64,000 bases of DNA. Source: Spirochaetia bacterium (lineage in GTDB: Bacteria; Spirochaetota; Leptospiria; Turneriellales; JAOUFE01). Positions 18,906 to 29,160 of this stretch are shown piece by piece. The translations under genes were made by a program, and so were the position numbers. Numbering within the stretch: the first letter of the stretch is position 1; every line of letters starts with the position of its first letter. Under the pieces are notes generated by a model. That model had not been told where the DNA came from. It searched no databases and saw nothing but the letters and a program-made list of their open reading frames with translations. Where the stretch lies: NCBI GenBank assembly GCA_029857955.1, contig JAOUFY010000001.1, forward strand, positions 95,929 through 159,928, written 5' to 3'.

Positions 18906-19055
18906 TTAAAAAATTCCGTTGAGCCAATTTATAAATCTCGTTGAGGTTTACACTAAATTATTTAACAATGCTTTTAATCCCGAAAAACCATACCGCAAAC
19001 GCGCAGTCACATTTTTTCATTAGAACCAATTCGCTACGCCGACTATTTTTTTTGG

Positions 19056-19145
19056 GGAGTTGTCTAATATGCCGTTATTCTTCAGGCCCGCATAAATGAA
19101 CTGAAAACGCCAAATCTACAAAATCTTTGCTTATTAGACAACCCC
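19056..19145. repeat. palindromic MITE/REP-like element, family C, copy 1
   Basis: 14-nt terminal inverted repeats GGAGTTGTCTAATA / TATTAGACAACCCC (13 of 14 match). The GGGTTGTCTAA core is shared with the element at 57007..57146. Confidence 0.55.
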
Positions 19146-19162
19146 TCTATGTACCGAAGGCG

Positions 19163-20098
19163 TCATTTTGACTTGCTGTCTTTACCTTTTCCAAGTACAG
19201 ACTGCATTGCCTTTAAAAGACTGTCAAGCTCAACCAGGTTTGCCTTAAGTAGAAAAATTATTTTATCAAATTCTTTTTTATTGCCAAGATTGTTGTTTGA
19301 AAATTGTTTCATATCTTCAGAGACAACTTCTAAATTAACCATGATTTTTTCAATCTTACCGCTAATAACCTTGGGATCGTTTAAAATCGCTCCAATGCTG
19401 TTGTCGTTTGATTTAAGTTTTTCTGATACACTTTTTACGTTTTCAGTAATGGCATTTGTATTGGCGAGTGTTCGAAATATTTCGTCGCTTAACCTCGTTT
19501 TCTGTGTACCGCGAAGTCCGGCAACAAGAGAATTTGCATTTTCCACCGTTTTAGAAATATTTAATAATGTTGCCTCAAGAACTGGTTTTAAATTATGTAC
19601 ATCATCAAGAATTAGTTTTATTTTATCGGTTAACTCATCCGTTGATTTTGATGCAATGGCGTTTTTTACAAGAAGCTCCTGTCCCTCCGGCATGTCTGAT
19701 GAATACATCAATGTCTTGGGTTTAAGGAGTTTTGATTCTTTTTCGTTTGACGAAATTAATATTAATGACGAGGCTCCAAATAAGCTGCTTTGAACGCGAA
19801 GAACAGAATCGGTTTTTAAAAGATAGCCATACTTTTTATAAAAATAAATATCTGCTCTTATCTGGGAATCCCTGGTGAGCGTCATTGATTTAATTTTTCC
19901 AACGTTAAAGCCTCTGTATTTTATGGAGGTACCTCCTGTAAAACCATGAGTATCATTAAAGAGGGTGTACTGCGGCTGCTTAAATGCTATCAAGTCGCTT
20001 CCCTGTATGATTAAAACGCTTAAAACAAGTACAAAAAATACTCCCGTTAGCAGAAAAAATGCAACTGATTTTTGACGGTCATTAAAAGTAAACGGCAT
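19163..20098 (-). CDS. mlaD: MCE/MlaD-family substrate-binding protein
   Basis: N-terminal TM helix, an MCE-like beta domain (GTSIKYRGFNVGKIKSM) and a long helical tail. Last gene of the permease-ATPase-MCE triplet. Confidence 0.7.
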   Translation of the reverse strand: MPFTFNDRQKSVAFFLLTGVFFVLVLSVLIIQGSDLIAFKQPQYTLFNDTHGFTGGTSIKYRGFNVGKIKSMTLTRDSQIRADIYFYKKYGYLLKTDSVLRVQSSLFGASSLILISSNEKESKLLKPKTLMYSSDMPEGQELLVKNAIASKSTDELTDKIKLILDDVHNLKPVLEATLLNISKTVENANSLVAGLRGTQKTRLSDEIFRTLANTNAITENVKSVSEKLKSNDNSIGAILNDPKVISGKIEKIMVNLEVVSEDMKQFSNNNLGNKKEFDKIIFLLKANLVELDSLLKAMQSVLGKGKDSKSK

Positions 20099-20099
20099 A

Positions 20100-20831
20100 T
20101 TATCCTTCTTGAGAAATCAAAGACTTGATTACATGGTCCTTTGATTTACGTATTTTTTCCGGCGCTTCGCTATGAATAAGTCTTCCGTTGTGCAAAACGC
20201 CGACATGATCTGCAACGGAAAGTCCAAACTCCCAATCGTTTGAAACAAGTATAATGGTTTTACCCTGACTTTTTTTTTCTTTAATTATTTTTTTAACTTT
20301 ATTTCTTTCAATTTGATCAAGATTTGAAATGGGTTCATCCCAGAATATTGTCTTGCAATCTTCAAGCAATGCTCTTATAATACCAAATAACATTCGCTGA
20401 CCTGTACTTAAATAGTATGGCCTGTCGTATAACTTCCCCTGTTCTATCTCAAATAATTTCATATATGGGTTTATTTTTTCAATGATTTCATTTTTCGTTA
20501 ACTTGGTATGATAATTATAATACAGTGAAAGATTTTCAAGAATGGTCATATTGCTGATCAAGGCTGAATTTTGAAATACAAAAGAATTTTCTTTATGGTA
20601 TTCAAGCATTTTCTTTTGGCCGTAATTATAAATATTTTCTCCATTTACAATGACCTCCCCTTCAATTTCCATAAAAAGTCCATTAATAACTTTTAAAAAA
20701 GAAGATTTGCCGCTGCCTGCAGTTCCCATTAGATAATACAAACTTCCAGATTCAATGGTCTCACTGATATTGGATAGCACATGATGACCATTTAACGTCA
20801 GCGATATATTTTTTAATTCTATTTCATGCAT
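20100..20831 (-). CDS. mlaF: ABC transporter ATP-binding protein (MlaF-like)
   Basis: Walker A GTAGSGKSS, signature LSTGQ and Walker B IFWDEP. Confidence 0.75.
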   Translation of the reverse strand: MHEIELKNISLTLNGHHVLSNISETIESGSLYYLMGTAGSGKSSFLKVINGLFMEIEGEVIVNGENIYNYGQKKMLEYHKENSFVFQNSALISNMTILENLSLYYNYHTKLTKNEIIEKINPYMKLFEIEQGKLYDRPYYLSTGQRMLFGIIRALLEDCKTIFWDEPISNLDQIERNKVKKIIKEKKSQGKTIILVSNDWEFGLSVADHVGVLHNGRLIHSEAPEKIRKSKDHVIKSLISQEG

Positions 20832-20838
20832 ATTTTCA

Positions 20839-21633
20839 TTACAATGAAAAACTCAATGTCATTATTATATCGATGATAAACAAAACAAAAATTGAACTAA
20901 CCACCGATTTTGTAGTCACCTGCGGAATCTGGGTACTTGAAAATGCCTGAAACCCGTAATAAATGGAAATTGTCGAAATAAAAACTCCAAAAACAGCGCT
21001 TTTAAGAACAGCTCCGACTACATCAACAAATGTAATTTCTCTGGTTATGTAAGTCTGAAAATCAGCAAAAGTAATTCCTGCATAAAGATTACCAATAAAA
21101 AATCCGCCAAGAAGCCCCATGGCAATAAAATAAATGGTAAGCACCATAAGGGAAATGCAAGCGCCGGCTATTCGAGGAAAAACAATAAAGTACAATGTAT
21201 CTATACCCAGCATTTCAAGAGCGCTGATTTCTTCATTAACCATCATCGTGGCAATTTCTGCAGCAATCGCCGAACCGGATCTTGCAATCACGACGAAACC
21301 GGCCAACAAGGGTCCAAGCTCACGAACTATAACGCTGTCAAGTATAACTGCAATTAAATCCAGCGCACCCAACTGAGAAAGCCGCTCAAAGAGCTGAATC
21401 ACGGTAATGGCGCCAATTAAAAAAGCAACAGAACTTATGATTTTTATAGCTAAATTACCTGTAAAAAATATTTGGTCTGTTAAAATTTTATTTACTATTT
21501 TTTTACCTCGAATTATTGTAAGATATGCCAGAGAAGAAAATACAATGAGAGCAAAAATTCCACCGATGTATTTCCAGAGACGATATGGTTTGCTAATATA
21601 ACGAATCAAATGTGATAAAAGTGTTTTTTTCAT
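20839..21633 (-). CDS. mlaE: ABC transporter permease (MlaE family)
   Basis: RELGPLLAGFVVIARSGSAIAAEIATMMVNEEISALEMLGID matches the MlaE core. Confidence 0.8.
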   Translation of the reverse strand: MKKTLLSHLIRYISKPYRLWKYIGGIFALIVFSSLAYLTIIRGKKIVNKILTDQIFFTGNLAIKIISSVAFLIGAITVIQLFERLSQLGALDLIAVILDSVIVRELGPLLAGFVVIARSGSAIAAEIATMMVNEEISALEMLGIDTLYFIVFPRIAGACISLMVLTIYFIAMGLLGGFFIGNLYAGITFADFQTYITREITFVDVVGAVLKSAVFGVFISTISIYYGFQAFSSTQIPQVTTKSVVSSIFVLFIIDIIMTLSFSL

Positions 21634-21950
21634 AATTCCATTTTCTATATAATAATAGCAAGTATTGATATTGTCGGTAAACTAAAGCAGTTTTTTAGCT
21701 ATTTTAGATATAACAAAATAAATTATTTATCAAACCGGATGATTGTATAATAATTGTAAAACACAATATTATATTTATAATATACCCTATTTAATATCAT
21801 AATATCGCATAATTTAACCTGATCTATTCTAATTTAACGTAGTAAGCTCTCAGTGGTTTCACCTTAGGGGCTTTGATCTCCGATGATGAGGTAGAAAAAT
21901 ATATACTCAAAATACATCGACAAAGGTCGGTGTATGCATATTTCTTGCAG

Positions 21951-22007
21951 GCTCAGCCGGAGTGAAACGGCTGATGCTGACATCAGTCTTTTCACTCCGG
22001 TATGAGC
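21951..22007 (+). promoter_or_regulatory. long imperfect hairpin in the putative flaB 5' leader
   Basis: CCGGAGTGAAA (21957..21967) pairs with TTTCACTCCGG (21990..22000). An outer GCTCA/TGAGC pairing and an apical CTGATG-CTGA-CATCAG stem extend it. It lies 46 nt upstream of the flaB ATG. Confidence 0.4.
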
Positions 22008-22052
22008 GCTCATCTAATTGTTGAATGAGAAACTCCCGGAGGGGAGGGAAAT

Positions 22053-22898
22053 ATGCAAGTAAACCACAATACACCGGCAATATTTGCTCAAAGGCAAATC
22101 AAGATGTCAGAAGCTCGTCTGACAAAGTCCATTGAAAAACTTTCCAGCGGTGAGCGAATCAATCACTCTGGCGATGACGCTACTGGTCTTGCTGTTTCAG
22201 AAAAAATGCGAACTCAAATTCGCGGTCTGAAACAAGCTGAAAGCAATGCGATGCTTGGTTTATCTTTTTTACAGGTAGCTGAAGGAGGTCTGGGACAGGT
22301 AAATGACATTATGCAGAGAATTAGAGAGCTTTCCATTCAAGCTGCAAACGGAATTTACTCTCCTCAAGACAGAGTACAGATCGATGTTGAAGTTTCTCAG
22401 TTAATTGATGAGGTTGATAGAATATCAACTACTGCCGAATTTAACCGAATGAAATTACTCGATGGTAGTTTGTCTAAATCAGGAAAGGCCAGCATGTTTT
22501 TCCATGTTGGACCAAACCAGAACCAGAGAATTCGTGCGTACATTTCTACCATGAATTCTAAAGCCTTCAATCTCATCGAAGGCGGACGTAAAAAAGGAGT
22601 ATCTACAGTAGGTAAGGCCAACAGCATGCTTGGTATTGTAGATAGTGCGATTGATAATTTGAATCGACAAAGAGCGGATCTTGGCGCCTATTACAACAGA
22701 ATTGAAATAACGGCTCAATCTCTGCGTACTGGATACGAAAACATGGTCGTTGCTGAAAGTCGAATCAGAGATACAGATATTGCAGAAGAACTGGTGGAAT
22801 ACACAAAGGAGCAAGTGCTTTTGCAGAGTGGTACGGCGATGCTGGCACAGGCAAATCAAAATTCAAAAATTGTTTTGCAATTGCTCAAGGAACTTTAA
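22053..22898 (+). CDS. flaB: spirochaetal core flagellin FlaB
   Basis: N- and C-terminal flagellin domains (GLAVSEKMRTQIRGL; GPNQNQR; ADLGAYYNRIE; SRIRDTDIAEE; QSGTAMLAQAN). The 281-aa length is typical of FlaB. Confidence 0.9.
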   Translation: MQVNHNTPAIFAQRQIKMSEARLTKSIEKLSSGERINHSGDDATGLAVSEKMRTQIRGLKQAESNAMLGLSFLQVAEGGLGQVNDIMQRIRELSIQAANGIYSPQDRVQIDVEVSQLIDEVDRISTTAEFNRMKLLDGSLSKSGKASMFFHVGPNQNQRIRAYISTMNSKAFNLIEGGRKKGVSTVGKANSMLGIVDSAIDNLNRQRADLGAYYNRIEITAQSLRTGYENMVVAESRIRDTDIAEELVEYTKEQVLLQSGTAMLAQANQNSKIVLQLLKEL

Positions 22899-22955
22899 AA
22901 ACATTCTTGTTTTTAAATATATTGGACAGAAAACTGCCCAAATTCCTGAATTTAT

Positions 22956-23000
22956 TGACGCCCTTCATAAATAATATATTTTGTTTGGGCGTCATTTTTT
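22956..23000 (+). terminator. flaB intrinsic terminator
   Basis: TGACGCCC (22956..22963) pairs with GGGCGTCA (22987..22994), followed by six T (22995..23000). The loop can pair further (AAATA/TATTT). Confidence 0.7.
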
Positions 23001-23050
23001 CATATAATTGATAGAGCTTGACACCTCTCCATTAAAAAATATCCAGACCA

Positions 23051-25816
23051 GTGCTATCAAAGATCAAATTTCTCACAAAAAAAATATTTTTATCAGCATT
23101 TGCAGGAATTGCTATCATTTCGTTTATCTGGTATCAAGGCAAAATATATTCACAAAGCGAACGATATTATGGACAAAAGGTTACGCGTATTGACTTTAAA
23201 GGTAATGACAATATTAAAAGCTCCGAATTAATGAATCTCATCCAGTTACGACCTGGCATGATATTAAATAGAGAAATGATGAATAATGACCTTAAGGCAG
23301 TTTTGCAGCATGGTTCTATTGCATATGCCAAAATTGAAGGCGCGGAATATAAAGACGGCGTATCCATTACCTTTTTAATTGAAGAACGGCCAATACTAAC
23401 CAAGGTAAGCATTAAAGGTCTAAAAGAATTAAGTGAAGCTACTTTAGTTGACGGACTTCCCCTGAAAGTAGATAAAGTTTATACCGAATCATTACTTAAA
23501 AAATCCATTGATCTTATCATTTCACAGGCTAAAGACAAGGGTTTATTTAATGTTGCCGTACGATATGAAAAATTAACTGATGGGAAAAAGAAAAATTCTG
23601 TTATCATTATTTTTACCGTCGACGAGGGTGAAGAAATAAAAGTCGGTAAAATTAATATCATTGGTATTAAAAATGTTGATGTTCAAAGCGTATATTCAGT
23701 ACTAAAACTTGAAGAAGACGGAATATTTACCAAGGGTGAATTTAAAGAGCATGTTTTTGAAAAAGATAAAGAATTGATCATTGATTTTTTAAATCAGCAT
23801 GGCTATCTTGATGCTCGCATTGTTGAGACCAAAAAAGATATTCGATGGGTAGACCCTGTTAAAAAAGATAAACGTGTAATTATAATTACCTACCAGATTG
23901 ACGAAGGCGAAATTTATTATTTTAATGGTTATGACGTTCAATGGGATAATGATTATTTGAATCCTGAAACCCAAAAAGCAATTTTTACCAAAAAAGAAGT
24001 CGATAAATTTTTTGAATTAAGCGACTTCTACATTGGTTCAGCCTTTGATCAGAGTAAATTTGTACGAGATCGTGGAGTTATTAACTTTATGTACAATGAG
24101 AAGGGTTATATTTATGCAAGAAGCATTCCCGAAAGAACGACCATTCGACTAAACCCTCAAGAAATCGATAAATTAGCTTTATCACCTAACCAGGTTAAGT
24201 TTGAAAAAGATGGAATAGACTATTATAATATAAAAAAATTAAGAAAAATTTATGAGAATGAACCAGCCAAAAGAAATATGCAGTTTATTCACACTAAATT
24301 TTTAATTCAAGAAGGTATTAAAGGTTATATAGAAAGTATAATCATTAAAGGCAATGAAAAAACTCTTGATCGAGTTATTCGTCGTGAAATTCTTGTTAAA
24401 GAGGGCGATTTATTCAATGCAAAGCTGGTTCAACGATCCCGTGAGAAAATCAATAATCTGGGATATTTTAAAGAAGTAAATCTTGATGCAAGACCTGGCA
24501 GCAAAGAAGGTTTAATGGGACTGGTAATCAGTGTTGAAGAGCAGCTTACCGGGTCTATGAGCGTAGGCGGAGGATACGGAACTGTTACAGGTTTTTCTAT
24601 CAACATGTCGCTTTCTGAAAAAAATTTAAATGGTACTGGCCAACAAATTTCAAGCTCGCTTGAATTTGGTTTAAAGAGATCATCTGTCAGTCTTTCGTGG
24701 ACAGAGCCGTGGATTTTTAATAAACCATGGGGGTTAACTTTAGGTACCCAGTTTTCTCATGCGCAGATTGATACCAATTCGATCACTCCTCTTAGCGGAC
24801 AGGCTGCCGTTGTAAATGCAAATGCAAACAGAAGTTCAACAATAAACTCAAACCTGAGTACTTCAGAGACTGCACATTATGACCATGATTCCATTGGAGT
24901 GATTGCGCAAATTGGTCATCGACTTGCGTTAAACTGGTCACATTATCATGGATTTAACCCCTCTGTTTCTAACATATCGAATCCCTCCAGCAAGGTTGAT
25001 GATCTTGTATTTTTAGAATCAAGACTTGGGTGGCAATTTCAAAATAAATTTATAAACGGAATCATTTTTGATAACCGTGACGATGTATTCAACACAACCC
25101 AGGGACTCACTGCACGAGCAAATGTTGATTTTGTTGGCGGCGCCTTGGGCGGTTCCGATCATTATAATCGATATGGCGCTCAAGCAACCTTTTTCTGGTG
25201 GCCAACAGATTTTACTCTTTTTAATTTAATTCGTGCCGGTGAATTACGCAGATGGAGATTTGTATTTGAACATCATTTATCTGGTTTATTTACTCAACAG
25301 ACCAATCCAGTATACGGCAAACAGGATATATTTGAAAATCCTTATATTGAGTCTTTTGATCGTTTGTTTCTCGGAGGTCTTGAGGGAGTTCGCGGATATG
25401 GAGCATATGATCCCAATTTTCCAATATATTGGAATACTAACGGCGGCGGAAGTCATCGTTTACTATTTGATTCTGAATTAAGAGTACCCATTGAGCCAAG
25501 CATAATTTGGATGGTTTTATTTTTTGATATGGGAGCTCTTTTTAATGAGCAAAATCAATATTATACCGATGCAACTACCCCGCAAGCCCAAATTGATGCC
25601 ATAAAAAGTACAGGTTTAACTTTTAATAATTTAACTGACCCAAGTTATTACCGATATAGCTGGGGTTTCGGTTTTCGCTTGCAAATACCAGTCATGCCTA
25701 TACGTTTGTACCTTGCCCAACGACTTTTTTGGGATAAAAATAAAAAATGGTTTATCAATGACCCAAATCAAAAACAGCTGGAAGTTGTTTTTGCCATTGG
25801 TGATTATAGATTTTAA
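23051..25816 (+). CDS. bamA: outer membrane protein assembly factor BamA
   Basis: 921 aa with a signal-like N-terminus, repeated POTRA-like modules (IEGNEKT..VIRREI), a C-terminal beta-barrel and a terminal aromatic residue (..GDYRF). GTG start. Confidence 0.85.
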   Translation: MLSKIKFLTKKIFLSAFAGIAIISFIWYQGKIYSQSERYYGQKVTRIDFKGNDNIKSSELMNLIQLRPGMILNREMMNNDLKAVLQHGSIAYAKIEGAEYKDGVSITFLIEERPILTKVSIKGLKELSEATLVDGLPLKVDKVYTESLLKKSIDLIISQAKDKGLFNVAVRYEKLTDGKKKNSVIIIFTVDEGEEIKVGKINIIGIKNVDVQSVYSVLKLEEDGIFTKGEFKEHVFEKDKELIIDFLNQHGYLDARIVETKKDIRWVDPVKKDKRVIIITYQIDEGEIYYFNGYDVQWDNDYLNPETQKAIFTKKEVDKFFELSDFYIGSAFDQSKFVRDRGVINFMYNEKGYIYARSIPERTTIRLNPQEIDKLALSPNQVKFEKDGIDYYNIKKLRKIYENEPAKRNMQFIHTKFLIQEGIKGYIESIIIKGNEKTLDRVIRREILVKEGDLFNAKLVQRSREKINNLGYFKEVNLDARPGSKEGLMGLVISVEEQLTGSMSVGGGYGTVTGFSINMSLSEKNLNGTGQQISSSLEFGLKRSSVSLSWTEPWIFNKPWGLTLGTQFSHAQIDTNSITPLSGQAAVVNANANRSSTINSNLSTSETAHYDHDSIGVIAQIGHRLALNWSHYHGFNPSVSNISNPSSKVDDLVFLESRLGWQFQNKFINGIIFDNRDDVFNTTQGLTARANVDFVGGALGGSDHYNRYGAQATFFWWPTDFTLFNLIRAGELRRWRFVFEHHLSGLFTQQTNPVYGKQDIFENPYIESFDRLFLGGLEGVRGYGAYDPNFPIYWNTNGGGSHRLLFDSELRVPIEPSIIWMVLFFDMGALFNEQNQYYTDATTPQAQIDAIKSTGLTFNNLTDPSYYRYSWGFGFRLQIPVMPIRLYLAQRLFWDKNKKWFINDPNQKQLEVVFAIGDYRF

Positions 25817-25849
25817 TTATAGATAAGGGCGACAACAATTGGTGTAATT

Positions 25850-27091
25850 ATGGAAGCAAAAAAAATTACTCTTTCATGTGAAGTCTGTGATGTCGTAAAA
25901 TCAGAAAATGTTTTATTGCATATCACAGGACAGGATTACCCTGGAATACTGGCACGTCTTACCAATATACTTCAAAACTGGAAAATCTCTTTTATTGATG
26001 TTCAGCAAACAACAAGTCTCGGGCAACTGAGTCTCTCGCTGCTGGTAAACATACCCGAACATGTTGGATTAAATGTTTTAAAAGAAATCAGTTATGAAAC
26101 CAGAAATATGAAGTTAAGTCTGGATTATCATATTCTGCAGGATAATCCTGAAATCAATAGAAATACCGGTAAAAGCTTTGCCCTGACCGTATTATCTCCC
26201 AGAATTTCCATGTCTGCCTTTAATTCCATTGCACAGACTCTGGGAAATCATGGAATTAATATTGAAAGAATGAACCGATTAGCACAGGGAAACCTTGAAG
26301 CCATCGAGTTTATTTTAGCAGTCGATAATACCTATTCTGACTTTAATAAATTAAAACGATTACTTTTTAAAGTTGCCTTTGAAAACAATTTTGATCTCGC
26401 AGTTCAACCTGAAAACTTGTTTAGAAGATCAAAGCGACTGATTGTAATGGACATGGACTCAACGTTAATACAACAGGAAGTAATAGACGAAATTGCCGCC
26501 GAATGCGGAAAAAAAGAAGAAGTGTCTAAAATTACTCTGGAAGCCATGCAGGGTAAACTGGATTTTTGTGAATCGTTAATAAAACGGGTAAAATTACTAG
26601 AGGGTTTACCTGAAACTGTATTATCTACAGTCTTAAAAAGAATTGAACTTACACCAGGCGCAGATATGTTGATCAGTATCTTGAAAAAAATGGGATTTAA
26701 AATTGCTGTAATTTCAGGCGGTTTTACATACTTTACAGATTATTTTAAAGAAAAGCTTGGTCTTGATTACAGCTTTGCAAATAAACTTGAAATCATTGAT
26801 GGAAAATTAACCGGAAAAGTACTTGGTGAAATTATCGATCGGGCAGGAAAAGCAACTATTTTGCGAAAACTTGCCAGTGAAGATAAAATACTGATGGACC
26901 AGACCGTTGCCATTGGTGATGGAGCAAATGACCTTGATATGCTTGAAGCTGCCGGTCTTGGCATTGCGTTTAACGCCAAACCAACTGTAAGAGATAAAGC
27001 CGGAGCTTTTATTTCACAGCCAAGTCTTGATTCCGTTTTATACCTGCTGGGAGTTTCACAAAAAGAACTATCTCAAATGCAGGCAAAATAA
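25850..27091 (+). CDS. serB: phosphoserine phosphatase with N-terminal ACT-like domains
   Basis: HAD motif I VMDMDSTLIQQEVIDE and motif IV GDGANDLDML. The roughly 190-aa N-terminal regulatory region resembles SerB2-type enzymes. Confidence 0.85.
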   Translation: MEAKKITLSCEVCDVVKSENVLLHITGQDYPGILARLTNILQNWKISFIDVQQTTSLGQLSLSLLVNIPEHVGLNVLKEISYETRNMKLSLDYHILQDNPEINRNTGKSFALTVLSPRISMSAFNSIAQTLGNHGINIERMNRLAQGNLEAIEFILAVDNTYSDFNKLKRLLFKVAFENNFDLAVQPENLFRRSKRLIVMDMDSTLIQQEVIDEIAAECGKKEEVSKITLEAMQGKLDFCESLIKRVKLLEGLPETVLSTVLKRIELTPGADMLISILKKMGFKIAVISGGFTYFTDYFKEKLGLDYSFANKLEIIDGKLTGKVLGEIIDRAGKATILRKLASEDKILMDQTVAIGDGANDLDMLEAAGLGIAFNAKPTVRDKAGAFISQPSLDSVLYLLGVSQKELSQMQAK

Positions 27092-27148
27092 TTACACAGC
27101 CGGTTTACTTTAACCCAAGTGTAAGTTAATAAAAGTCGATAATAATAT

Positions 27149-27745
27149 ATGAGAAAAGCGTCTATTGAAAGAAATACAAAAGAAACACGTATAAATTTAA
27201 ATATAAATATTGACGGAACAGGAAAATTTAACGGAAAAAGCCCTATTCCTTTTTTTGATCATATGCTGGATCATTTTTCAAAATACAGCATGATTGATCT
27301 TGATTTTAAAATTGACGGCGATACGGAAATTGACGGTCACCATACTGTTGAAGACTGCGGCATTGTATTAGGCGATGCCATTAAAAAGGCAGTTGTCGAT
27401 AAAAGAGGTATCTATCGTTTTGGTTCGGTTACAATACCCATGGATGATTGCCTTGTCACTGTTTCGGTTGATTTTTCAGGAAGACCATATTTTTCATATA
27501 AAGGAGTATCATTAAATTCAATGCAAGGCTTTGGTAATTTATATGACTCTGAATTGACACTTGAATTTTTACAGAAATTATCCATTCATGCTGCTATAAA
27601 TTTACATGTGGTGCTGCATTATGGCGAAAATCGACACCATATCCATGAAGCCATCTATAAAGCGACCGGCTTGGCATTTCGAAAAGCTCTTGAAATCGAT
27701 ACTCGACGTGGAAATGAAATACCCTCAACCAAAGGCGGTATATGA
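27149..27745 (+). CDS. hisB: imidazoleglycerol-phosphate dehydratase
   Basis: RNTKETRI..., DGHHTVEDCGI and ENRHHIHEA motifs. Confidence 0.9.
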   Translation: MRKASIERNTKETRINLNINIDGTGKFNGKSPIPFFDHMLDHFSKYSMIDLDFKIDGDTEIDGHHTVEDCGIVLGDAIKKAVVDKRGIYRFGSVTIPMDDCLVTVSVDFSGRPYFSYKGVSLNSMQGFGNLYDSELTLEFLQKLSIHAAINLHVVLHYGENRHHIHEAIYKATGLAFRKALEIDTRRGNEIPSTKGGI

Positions 27746-28362
27746 AGTCTGATCCAAAAATTGTTGAACTTGATTTTGGAATGGGTAATATTCGATCATT
27801 ACAAAAAGCTTTTGAATTTCTAGGTAAACAAGTAAACGTAATTCAGCAGCCTGATCAAATTAAAAATGCTGATGCGGTGTTAATTCCCGGCGATGGGGCA
27901 TTTGGTCAGGCAATGGAAAATATTAAAAAAACTGGATTTTATGATGCTATCATTGATTTTGTAAATTCAGGTAAACCCGTACTTGGTATTTGTATAGGTT
28001 TTCAGATACTGTTTCATTTATCTGATGAATTTAATTACACGGGAAATGGTTTAAGCTTATTTGAGGGTAATATTGAAAAATTTAAGTCAAAGGAAATTGT
28101 CATTCCGCATATGGGATGGAATCAAGTTTCATGGGAAAAAAAAACAAAGTTTAATAAAGATGTTCCCGATGAAAGTTATTTTTATTTTGTTCATAGCTAT
28201 CGTTTTGGGGAAATTCATAAATACGCCACAGGTGTAACCGAATACGACGGAAAATTTACCTCGGTAGTAGAAAAAGACAATATTTATGGCGTCCAATTTC
28301 ATCCGGAAAAGTCATATCGTATGGGTTTAAAACTTCTGGAAAATTTTATAGGTTTAATTTAA
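27742..28362 (+). CDS. hisH: imidazole glycerol phosphate synthase, glutaminase subunit
   Basis: GICIGFQ nucleophile elbow and GVQFHPEKS. 4-nt overlap with hisB. Confidence 0.9.
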   Translation: MKSDPKIVELDFGMGNIRSLQKAFEFLGKQVNVIQQPDQIKNADAVLIPGDGAFGQAMENIKKTGFYDAIIDFVNSGKPVLGICIGFQILFHLSDEFNYTGNGLSLFEGNIEKFKSKEIVIPHMGWNQVSWEKKTKFNKDVPDESYFYFVHSYRFGEIHKYATGVTEYDGKFTSVVEKDNIYGVQFHPEKSYRMGLKLLENFIGLI

Positions 28363-29093
28363 TGAATTTAATACCTGCCCTTGATATTATTGAAAATTGC
28401 GTAGTACGTCTTACCCAGGGAGATTATAATCAAAAAAAAATTTACTCTGATAACCCTGTTGCTGTTGCGCGTAAATTTAAAGATTCCGGCGTAAAAAGAC
28501 TTCATCTCGTTGATCTCGACGGAGCGCGTGAAGGAAAACCAGTTCATACAACTTTATTTGGCGAAATTAAAAAACAAACTCAATGTATCATTGAAGCCGG
28601 CGGGGGGATTCGCAGCCTTGAAGATTTTGAGCAATATTTTCAATGCGGATTAAATGTTAATGAAGATTTTATCATGATCGGTTCACTGCCCCTTAAAGAG
28701 CCGGATGAATTTAAAAAAATCAGGAATAAATACTTGCGTAATATTTTACTGACCGTAGATGTATGGGAACGAAATGTTAAAATTTCCGGTTGGAAGGTTG
28801 ACACAAATATTCATATAATGGATTATTTAAAAGATATGGAGAAACTTGGAATAAAAAATATCCTGGTTACTCAAATAAAAAGAGATGGAATGTTAACAGG
28901 CCCAGACATTGATCTCTATAAAGAAATCAGCAAACAATTCCCTTCGTTTAAAACAATTGTTTCTGGCGGAATTTCTAATATTAATGAAGCTTCTGATTTA
29001 AATTTAATTCCTGGAATTAATGGGTTTATTGTTGGACGGGCTTTTTACGAAAATAAAATCTCATTAAATGACATACAAAAATATCATTCTTAG
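28362..29093 (+). CDS. hisA: ProFAR isomerase
   Basis: IPALDI N-terminus, HLVDLDGA, GGGIRS and SGGIS motifs. 1-nt overlap with hisH. Confidence 0.9.
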   Translation: MNLIPALDIIENCVVRLTQGDYNQKKIYSDNPVAVARKFKDSGVKRLHLVDLDGAREGKPVHTTLFGEIKKQTQCIIEAGGGIRSLEDFEQYFQCGLNVNEDFIMIGSLPLKEPDEFKKIRNKYLRNILLTVDVWERNVKISGWKVDTNIHIMDYLKDMEKLGIKNILVTQIKRDGMLTGPDIDLYKEISKQFPSFKTIVSGGISNINEASDLNLIPGINGFIVGRAFYENKISLNDIQKYHS

Positions 29094-29132
29094 AGAGCAT
29101 CCCAAAACCCATCCATGTATTTTGAGACGCAC
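29092..29132. repeat. short intergenic repeat, family B, half-element
   Basis: AGAGAGCATCCCAAAACCCATCCATGTATTTTGAGACGCAC matches the reverse complement of 42090..42128. Hand alignment gives 4 mismatches plus a 2-nt indel. It overlaps the hisA stop codon. Confidence 0.4.
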
Positions 29133-29160
29133 TCATAGTCATAAAAAAACTTATGTATGA

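Noticed and set aside
19149-19793. A 214-aa plus-strand ORF. Many similar 60-150-aa ORFs appear in the track, for example 2642..3046, 3480..3716, 8348..8560, 9802..10083, 22479..22859, 42572..42874, 46366..46818 and 56373..56902.
   Set aside because: All lie antisense to or out of frame within strongly supported genes (mlaD, msrA, the radical SAM gene, the oxidase subunits, flaB, sufC, the LEA-like gene, gyrB). Their composition is low-complexity Ser/Leu/Phe/Ile-rich, as expected of shadow ORFs in AT-rich DNA.
21841-22052. A c-di-GMP (GEMM-type) riboswitch or a sigma-28 promoter upstream of flaB.
   Set aside because: I could not find the conserved GEMM core sequences. The only GCCGATAA-like -10 element (TCCGATGA, 21879..21886) has no TAAA -35 element at 15-16 nt spacing. 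The structure is kept only as an unexplained leader.
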